Shown piece after piece: positions 54,948 through 64,000 of a stretch of DNA of 64,000 bases (the stretch's first letter is position 1; each line of letters begins with the position of its first letter). The DNA is from Ginglymostoma cirratum (lineage: Eukaryota), in assembly GCA_024137785.1 (NCBI GenBank), contig JAHRHZ010000099.1, positions 12,111,872 through 12,175,871 on the forward strand. Direction: 5' to 3'. The notes under the pieces are model-generated. The model searched no databases and had not been told where the DNA came from. It saw nothing but the letters and a program-made list of their open reading frames with translations. Position numbers and translations under genes: made by a program.

Positions 54948-55360
54948 ATTGGAGAGTTGTGAATGCAGCCTAGTTCATTCTGCAAACAAATCTTCCGCTC
55001 ATTGGCAGCATCGAGACGTCCCACTGCCTTGGGAAAGCAGCCAACATAATCAAAGAACCCTCCCACCCTGGTTATGCTCTCTTCACACCTCTTCCATCAG
55101 GCAGAAGGTACAAAAGTTTGCATACATGTACCAACAGATTCAAGAACAGCTTCTTCTCTGCTGTTATCAAACTTTTGAATGGACCACTTATTTATTAAAA
55201 TTGATCTCTCTCTGCACCTTCCCTGTAGCTGCAATACTGTATTCTGTTCTCTTGCCCTGGTGTATTTATGTATGGTATGATTTGCCTGGATAGCACGCAA
55301 ATCAATACTTTTCACTAAATCCTGGTACATGTGACAATGATCAAATCAAATTAAATCAAT
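54948..55360 (+). mobile_element. Rex1/Babar LINE 3' fragment
   Basis: Reads CLGKAANIIKEPSHPGYALFTPLPSGRRYKSLHTCTNRFKNSFF.AVIKLLN; tail TGTGACAAT...(CAAAT)n. Confidence 0.8.
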
Positions 55361-55536
55361 AAGGATGGAGCCATTTGCCTAAGACAGACAATCAAGGGGC
55401 AGTTTGACAAAACCCTTCCTTTAAGGACTGAAGTGTGCAGAAGGACATCACTGGAGTTTAAACATTTCATACCATTAATAGTGCGAATGAGCATTCTGCT
55501 ATTTTTCCCACTGAGGACCAGTTTATCTGTTATGGT

Positions 55537-55771
55537 TACAAAAACAAAGTTGCTGGAAAAGCTCAGCACATCTGGCAGCATCTGTGAGGGGTAAAAAACA
55601 GAGTTAACGTTTTGGGTCCAGTGACCCTTCCTCAGAAACCTCCTGAGGAAGGGTCACCGGACCCGAAACGTTAACTCTGTTTTTTCCTTCACAGATGCTG
55701 CCAGACCTGCTGAGCTTTTCCAGTAACTTTGTTTTTGTTCCTGATTTACAGCATCCGCAGTTCTTTCGGTT
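55537..55771. mobile_element. Penelope-derived palindromic element, family B, with imperfect 15-bp TSD
   Basis: ~97-bp inverted arms; TTTATCTGTTATGGT (55522-55536) versus TTTACCTGTTACGGT (55772-55786). Confidence 0.85.
55643..55672 (+). ncRNA. Minimal hammerhead ribozyme motif (intact core, 5-bp stem II)
   Basis: CTGAGGA-A-GGGTC ACCG GACCC-GAAA-CGTT-AAC; the mirror copy on the minus strand has GAAA changed to AAAA. Confidence 0.65.
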
Positions 55772-56744
55772 TTTACCTGTTACGGTATTGGCTTGCAAGT
55801 TCCTGTGGAGATGCGATTGATGTATGCCAACTTCCAGTGACCCTTTCTTTACTGTGGCTGTCTAATTGGTCAATCATCAGCAGTGGCTTTGAATGCTACT
55901 GACCTCTTTGGTTTGGTCAATTGATTGTCGGGTTAAATTCACCCAGACCTTTCATGACAGGACTGAAAGCAGGGGTGGCCGAGAAGATAGTGGGGACCTC
56001 ACTGGGATGGCTCTCCACACATTCCAATGACCAGGAATCATTTTCCAAACATGGCCTGAGAAATAGATTGCTCGCCTTCTGCTTGCAGACAATTTCAATA
56101 GTAAATTAGGGGTATTTTTCTGGCATTGCCGCATGTCCTCCGACTTGAAGGCACTGTCTCTCTTGCGGTCTGGGGACCCGTCAGTTTCAGAGGCCCCACA
56201 GGAGAACGCTGACAGGAAAGGTGTCCTCTTCTGACCTCAACAATCCAAATGGATGAGCTTTTTCTCTTTTCTGAGGGGCCCATTGCCTTTCCCCCTCTAA
56301 ATATTTAACTACTGTTATCCCTTTAAGGGCATCCACATATTGAAGTATCCTTGGTGACAACAAGCTTGATATAATGGTATGATGTAGTGACCCGGTACAT
56401 TTTTAATTTCTCTGATTTTATTTTTTAGTGCGGCGGGCCCAATTATAAATAAATAGTGCAGGAAACGGTGGATTATGAAGAACAAGTCGTGTTCAGCGCA
56501 GCTTGAGATTCCACAATCTTTTCACACTAGATTTAAAGCTATCCTACTGGAAGCCAGTTTACACACAAATTTGGCCAGAAGAGAATTAGTCATCAATCAG
56601 AGCTTTCAGTAATTGCAGTCATTTGCAGCCCTTTGAGGAGACTTTGAAACTGAACTCAAATGGTGTGGAATCAAGGAACTCATAAGTTTGTCTTGAAAAA
56701 ATTGTGAAATACTTTTAAAAGTACTTCAAATTAGCTTAAAAATA

Positions 56745-57350
56745 GGGTGGGATATTCAGCCCTTTGTTCGAAGAGTAGTGGCAGGTTAAAAATAGGATAT
56801 GCCCCACATTGCAAACAGGAAAGACAATTGGATCCTGTGCCTAATAGGCACTTAAGACGTCATCCTATAAGATTTCCATCAGGATCACATCCATCCAGCC
56901 CCACTTAAAGCTGCTGGCCTATTGAAGACTAGCAGCCACCATTAGCTGTTGAAACTCAGGAGCCCTGTATGTGGGGTCTGGGGGCGGTGTGTGTCTTTTG
57001 CAGGATGGGGATCATGGGGAGAGTGGGTGTCAGAAGCAAGTACAGGGATTGCCTCTAACAGTCAACTCTTATCCCTTGGTAGTGTTCCTGATCATCCTCA
57101 GATTGAGGGCCCTCTCACTAACCTGACATATAAGCTCCTACTGGTCGGGATGATTGTCAATATTCTTGCATGTCAGAAACAGATTTAGTTGTGGTGGTCA
57201 CTTCAAAAGATCCTTCAGTGGTAATTAATTGATTACCTGGAGGTCTCAATTGTTGCAGGGGTGGATTCCTGTGAACTTGCCTGCTTATTTTCCTTTAATT
57301 TCCACCAGCATTCCCTGCCATTTTTTTGTAAAGCGAAGATTCTACCCATA
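56745..57350. mobile_element. Possible MITE or non-autonomous DNA transposon
   Basis: Imperfect terminal inverted match TAGGGTGGGATATTC / GAAGATTCTACCCATA; a similar end pair at 50985-51252. Confidence 0.35.
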
Positions 57351-57699
57351 TTTTTGTCTTTTTTTTTGAAGTTATTCTGGTAATTAAAAATCAGCTTAAG
57401 AACAAAGGAATGATAGTAGGTCATTTAGCTTTGTGAACCTGTTTTACCATTCAGTGAGATCATGCCTGATATGTAGCCTAACTCCATGCACCCACATCCC
57501 TTCTTATCTTTGGTCTGTGGTGATTGTGATTTCACTTGTTTATTTTTATGATAAACCAATTTTTAGAAGTACTAATCAAACTTTACTAAATTGACATTCA
57601 TAATTATCTGCCACTGTTACAAAATTATAGATAGACATTTGAAATAGAAACTCTTCCTAATTGTACTGGTTCATGGCAGACTTCTCGTACGATGTTGTT

Positions 57700-58058
57700 T
57701 CATTGGTGATGTGGGCATTGCAGGTCCTACATATACTATCCATCCCTTAGGGGGCAATTATGCCCCAGAGAACAGTTCAGAGTCAACGGCATAGTTGTGA
57801 GGCTAAAGTCACATTGAGGCCAGATCAGGTAACTATAGTAGTTTCCTTTACTAAACGACATTTGTGAACTAGATGGGTTTTTCTGACAATCATCAATGGA
57901 TTCATTGTCATCGTCAGACTCACAATCCCAGATTTTTTCATTTAATGCAAATTCCGCTTTCTGCCATGACAGGATTTGAACCCAGGTCCCCAGATCATTA
58001 ACTGGTCACTGGATAAATAGTCTAGCTGTGATAATACTGCTTGACCATTGCCTCCCCA
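57700..58058 (-). mobile_element. tRNA-headed SINE (family of 12770)
   Basis: Collinear with 12770-13112 over ~340 bp; ends CCATTGCCTCCCC. Confidence 0.75.
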
Positions 58059-58693
58059 AAAATGAATGTTATGCAAATAAATTTGAGCATTAAAAAAATC
58101 TTTGAAGACAAATACAATTTTGGATGCAATTTGGAAACATTACCCCAGCAAGTGGAGGGATTTACTGCATGCATTAGTTTACTTACCACATACTTCTTCC
58201 AGACTAATTTTCCCTGCAGCACTAAAAGAATGCAACAGTTTCGGAGATGCCACCTTTCAGATGAGGTATAAATTTGAAGCCTCATTTGCTAATTCAGATG
58301 ATTAAAAAAAATTCCGGCACCATTTGAGCAGAGCAAGAGTTTGTCTGGTATTTTGACCAATAGATGATAAGCTTCAATGGTGATAATTTAGTTATGCAGC
58401 AACTTATGGTGAGAGTTTAATTGATTAAAGAATTATTGAAGTGTAATTTCCCAATAACATAAGTCAAATACACAGGCGACAAGCACAGTATGGGGTATCA
58501 TTTCCAGCTAGTAGGGCAAAGGCAGCAGGCACATGGGAACAACAACTCTAGCAAATTCCCCTCCAAGTCACTCACTTCTTGACTGGGAAAAGTTGGTGGC
58601 CATGAGCGGGCATGTATTCAGATTCAGGAAAAATCCAAAAATGACAGTTGTAGAAAGCACTAACCCACAACTCTGCAGACAACTAAATCAAAA

Positions 58694-58784
58694 CGGTTTG
58701 GAGCTGGAGGAGCATAGCAGGCCAGGCAGCATTAGAGGAGCAGGAAAGTTGACGTTTTGGGTTGGGACCCTTCTTCAGAAAATC
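58694..58784 (-). mobile_element. Single arm of a family A-related element
   Basis: GGAGCTGGAGGAGCATAGCAGGCCAGGCAGCATTAGAGGAGCAGGAAAGTTGACGTTTTGGG...CCCTTCTTCAG. Confidence 0.7.
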
Positions 58785-61700
58785 AAAATATTATTGTTTT
58801 TCTAATTTCCTGTGAAAGTAAATTGATCCCAATTTGATCCTAACTGCTCATTGTTTCATTCTGGTCTTGACCTCGACTCAGGGTTTTGGAATACAAGCTA
58901 GAAACAAGCAAATTGTCATGCATGTGTATAACAAAATAAATTTTTGGCCTGCACTTAAATTTTCCAAAGTCTACTATCAATGTTGGCATTTATACATGTC
59001 TTTTATTATATTTACTTTCAAATATGTCCAGTAAAAGCACCATGTGTAAACTGTAACATACACTGTATTAAAGATTACAATAGAGTATGTGACAACATAA
59101 AGCAAGAATAAAGTGCATAAATTATATGAGTACATAAAAGCACCAAATCATTCAGTTTTCCAGTGAATGTACCTTAGACCTGTATTTTGGCTTTGGCAAA
59201 CAATTGAGAACATGATTTAATTTACAATGCTTCCACGTAAATCCTTCTTTTTATTAGAGATACCTATCCATTTTTCTATTATTTTTGTATTAAATTTAAT
59301 TGTAATTTGACTGTAGATTGCTGCGCCAACAGATTAATAAATTGATACTTTTCAGCAGAGTTGCTACATCATGCTTCAGCTTGTAAACATTTCAATTCTA
59401 CATCCTCCTTCATCAGAATCTTTATATGAGTATATGCTTTTGAACCACATCATATTTAATTGCCATTTTTTTGCAATACAGTGGGCATGATTCCTCTCAT
59501 TAAAAAATGAAGCTTGTTTTTCAAATTTCTGTCAGATTTGCCAATGTAATTGCTTTAACACACCTCATCACTCCCCTGTACAGCTGTGATTTCATGAAAG
59601 TCAATGATTAATTATTGCAATTTTTGCCATCATTTAACCAGTCTTTCTGCAAATCAATTTGTTATGAAGCTTTATGATAAGAGGGAATTCTGCCCTTGTG
59701 TTTGTGAAATCTGTTACCGGGATTAATTATTTTCCAATTTAAATAATAGTTGGATGATAAATGCACTCTCTTAGTGTACAAGCATGAATGCTGGTGATGA
59801 TGATGATGATTTGATTTAGTCTTGATGTTAGTCATATCAATGCTTCTGCCTACTCTTCTGCATTGACGGTTCGCATTCCAAAACCCAACAAATGGTCACT
59901 ATCTGAAAACTCAAAATGCAAAGTACTCAGTTCAGGAAAACTGCCAAAAGCACCACTACGAAGTAAAACCACCCAGTTATGTGTCATTAGCAACACAGCA
60001 ATAGTCTATCAAAAGGAGTTATCAACATTTAAAAAAAAACACGACAGTTTACAGATACCCCAAATTTCCAGCATGACTCAAATGCATATGGTGTGAATGA
60101 CAACTTGTGAACATATGGGTGAATGGTTACTTGATTTATTCCTTGCATATCTGCTTGTATGAACCCAAATTATGCAGGGCTGCTTTTAGTCTGTGACATA
60201 CACTTAAATTGATACAAATCCCCTTCCAACTCCATTTTGATTTAGCTCCCTCTCCCTCTCCCTGCCTCTCTCTCATCTTGATGGTCTGTATTATCCTTAA
60301 CTGGCTTTGCATGTCAATGAATTACTCCAAAAACATGGGTGATTTACTGGTGGTAGTTAAGAGATGAAGAAATACCAATGGTGATTCGGTGATGGAAACA
60401 AATAAAAATGTACAATTGTGCATAAGCGCACTGCTCAATTTAAAAAAATAAATAAATTGATATCCATCTGTTAGGTGTCATTACCTAGATGAATTTCTCT
60501 TTACAGATAAAAGTTCTAATAATTGTATTTGCCAATTCCTGGGGTGAGTTAATTCAATGATTTTCAACACATTCCCTGTGCAAGTTACTTGATGAATTGT
60601 GCAGCAAGTGAGATCAAAGTTCTTCCAGAGTTGAAGGTTCTGCCGTCATGTCTAAAGACCAGCTGAGCATGACTTCAGACACTGTAAGCTAGGAACTTTC
60701 CCAAAGGTCACTCCCAGAAATGCCAGCAAATGATGTTCTGAAAGCTCCTCAGTTTATCATGCTGCCTTGCAGATATTCCTGGATGGGATCATAAATAGAA
60801 GGTACATTCTTTTCCTAGTTGACTGCACGAGGAGGCTATTCCATCAGGCCCTTAGAGCATGGCTGAAATCTCAATGTGAGTTAGTGACATTAGCTCCCAC
60901 AAAAAGGATTGAGAAGTATCCAAAAGCTCCTGTGCTTTGCAAGAGTCACCAGTGCCACCATCTTCTCTGCCATTCTCAGCCATATATGACATGAATGACC
61001 TACAGAAACAGATATGAGAACATCAGCTAAGGGTGTCAGAGGCCTTCAGTCAGCCGGAAAGAAAAATGGAGGAATCTGTTCACATTCTCCCTACTGTACT
61101 GGTTCCTGTAACTGAATACTTAGCTGCCTGCGCGGCAAGGATGGTGTCTACCTGGGAGGCCCAGGGCTAGCAGTACATTGAGTGGCTGCTGGATATGCTG
61201 ACTTTTTGGGTCAGGACCCTCTTGCTAGCTTACTCTCATATTCTACTCTCTCCCTCTACTATTCTTGTGATAATCCTTAGATAATTTTCAACACCTTCAC
61301 AATTCTCAGTCTTACTACTCATTTTGGTAACACTGTAAGCCTTTTCTTTGAATCTATTACTATCTGCAATTCCTTAAACTGTAATACCAATTAATGAAAA
61401 AGAAAGTTCAAAATCATAATATGAGATGGGGCTCAAACTAAAACCGTTGAAATATGGAGCTCACGTTTAACCATACTGAGATGAGTGACAAAGATACTTT
61501 AAGATGATGTTGCAAGAATTTTATCTTTTAGATATTCAGGAGGAAAGTTATTCCAAATATTTACATTTTACCTTGACTTTTGCATCATAACTTTATTGGA
61601 AAAAATATATGTTGATAATGTTTTGGGCAAATGACAAATGTCCTGTTAGTACAAAGAAAGCATTGGGCATCAGAGTACTATTTTATTGAAGCAGATGTAA

Positions 61701-63574
61701 TGCAATTCGGGAAGATTTTTGTCTTAGAAAATTATATTTCCCCAAAATGGTGATTGTTTCACTTTAACCACAAATATAATTTAGCATCGTAGAAATTTAC
61801 AGGAATAAATTACATTCACCATGGTTAGCCATTTCTCTCTGGAGCAGTATTTGAAAAAGGGTCGCAGTGATTCAGCAATTTAATTTACTTTCGTCCAACT
61901 GTAGCATGAAAAACATTAGTCATCGTGCTGGAATTTATGCTCTCCGCAGTTACTCATCCCTTGGTCAACACACTGCCAATTCTCCTGAAAGTTTAATATT
62001 CCTCAATCTAGACAGAAAATGATCTGATAACATCTACAGCCTATTTGTAATTGGTAATCAACCAGTTTCTGACATATTCCAATCATTAAATATTGGAGTT
62101 TGACAGTAAGTAAAAATTACATATACAAATGTCACATCATTTTGATGTGTAGTTTTGAATGTGAGAAAGAATTTTTGACTGGAAATCATCAACCTTAAAA
62201 GAAGTACACTTGACTTTTCTAATGCATAGTCAAGAGGCCAGATAAGGTCCGGTTTCAACATAAGCTAAATGACAATTTACTGCAGCGGCGGGAATCAGTA
62301 CTGAAAGCTTCATCTTCATAAGTTTTCCATCGTTGACATGCACTTCATAACCACAAGCATTTCTGTCCTGTTAATTTCAGATGCTGCTGTGATTTGTCGT
62401 CACTAAATAGCTAGAAATGGGTGATTTGTACTTAAATCATTTACAGAGGTCAGCATTTCTACTGTCTCCTCTCACCCTTCAACATCCCACTTTGCAAAGA
62501 ATCCACTGAATCAACAAATCCTTACTCTAAAGATATTTTCCAATGTGTGACCAAAAAATATTCTTCACATCTTAACTGTTATATAATAGTTTTAGTGTCA
62601 GCCTTAAAGAATTGGGCTTGTGAAAAATGAGCGTTCCCCTTTATCAAGATGCACAAAAAGTATTTAAGTTATGAGTTCCAAAGCCATGAAAAAGTACATA
62701 AGGAATTTTCCATTTCACTTACCCTCACTTGCAAAATGAATTTCCATGTATTCCAGATAAAATTGTAATCCCTCAAATTTTAGTCAAGGTTACTGGATAT
62801 GCAATCAAACAATTCAATTTATGACAGAATAATGTGCAATTATCTTCTTTCAAATCTCTTAATAATAGAGGGTGAGAATATTTCAGCGACAAATAGCTAC
62901 TTGAGATTCGAGGGAAGCACGAGCACCTTAAAAGTCACACTACTCATTTATATAGTTCTAGTCAACACGTCCTGACACTTCCATGTTAAGTTCTGAAAAT
63001 ACATTAAAAGTTAAAATAAAATAATTGTTAACTGCTCAATGACCAGCACTTACTGAATTGTTTTGAATGAAAATATTTTTCTGCAGTGTTGTGCAGAGGT
63101 ATGATCAGAGGTAAAAATAAGTCATCATTACTGTCTGTCCCTTGATTTAAGGATAGTATTTGCTCAGGTACAGGGATCTTCATTTGATTGAACAGGCCAA
63201 TTGTTGACCTGCAGATCTTTGGACACATGGGGCAGGATGCCCATGATGTAGTGGAATCTAGAGGACAGGACCTGCTTCCTTTTCTTTCTTGCTCTGTTTC
63301 TGTGTGCCATGAAAGATGTTATGATTCAAGGTATAATGTAGTTTGTTGTTACACTGAAAGAATAGTAGCAAACTCCTTCCAGTCATTAAAGTCAATGCTT
63401 CTGAGCTTGAACAAGAGACTCAGTGTCTTTGAAGTCTTCTTCTTAGTCTTTCTTAGGAATGTTGGAGCAAAAGAGACAAGTTTTTGGTCATTTGGGCGGT
63501 GTGCAGTTGATCAAATTGACTTTGTAGACATTTTGTTTGTGAAGCTGTCTTCAAGAAAGAAACTAACATTTGGT

Positions 63575-64000
63575 TATAGTCCTCCCAGTGAATGTGGAGG
63601 TTGGGTCAGAAGCACTGGAATTGTTCCAGCACTGAAGGCCACCATTGACCAGAAACTGAATTAGACGAGCCATATAAATCCTACAGCTATAAGAGTAAGT
63701 CAGAGGCTAGGAATTCTGTGACAAATAATAAACTTCCAGTCTCCCAGAGTCTGTCCACCATCTGCAAGAAACAAAGGAGGAATGCGATGGAATACTCTCC
63801 ATGTGACTGAATGAGTTGAGTGCAGCTCCAAAGGCATTCAAGGAGCTCAATGCCACTCAAGAAAATGAAGCCTGCCTGACTGGCACTGCACCAACTTCCT
63901 CAGCATTCACTTCCACCTCCACCACCACACAGTCATAGTCATGTCAACCATCTAATAGATATATTGCAGTAGCCCATGATGTCTCTTTAAATAGCATCTA
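63575..64000 (+). mobile_element. LINE RT C-terminal fragment (family of 17335), truncated by the window end
   Basis: ATTGACCAGAAACTGAA...GTCAGAGGCTAGGAATTCTG...CTGTCCACCATCT..AAG...ATGGAATACTCTCCA. Confidence 0.7.

Noticed and set aside
63188-63664. 158-aa ORF
   Set aside because: Non-ATG start, no coherent domain; runs through decayed repeat sequence into a LINE fragment
22300-64000. A second protein-coding gene downstream (for example RBM19)
   Set aside because: No recognisable exons; the ORFs are short and random or retroelement-derived. Small exons could be missed by eye.

Overview
Eukaryotic (vertebrate) genomic DNA, most likely a cartilaginous fish (shark), inferred from the repeat families (HE1-like and Deu-domain-like SINEs, CR1, Rex1/Babar, Penelope derivatives). 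The first 20 kb hold a complete + strand TBX5 gene: 8 coding exons, ATG 5467 to TAA 20013, about 521-523 aa, all introns GT-AG with phases matching human TBX5. It sits in a CpG-retaining domain (~1-16 kb) and is followed by a probable ~2.2 kb 3'UTR. The remaining ~42 kb contain no recognisable protein-coding gene, only retroelement remnants and a few candidate enhancers. The most striking non-genic signal is a set of short, largely palindromic, TSD-flanked Penelope-like elements in at least two families. They carry minimal type-I hammerhead-ribozyme motifs (CUGANGA-A-stem II-GAAA-CGUH), with three intact cores at 44553, 46549 and 55643. A decayed Penelope GIY-YIG ORF end lies at ~34.3-34.9 kb. 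Other points: a NAGNAGNAG acceptor at the last TBX5 exon, a palindromic double GATA site upstream of the gene, and CpG preservation in repeats inside the gene's 5' domain. All family assignments are by eye and from recall; no database was searched.
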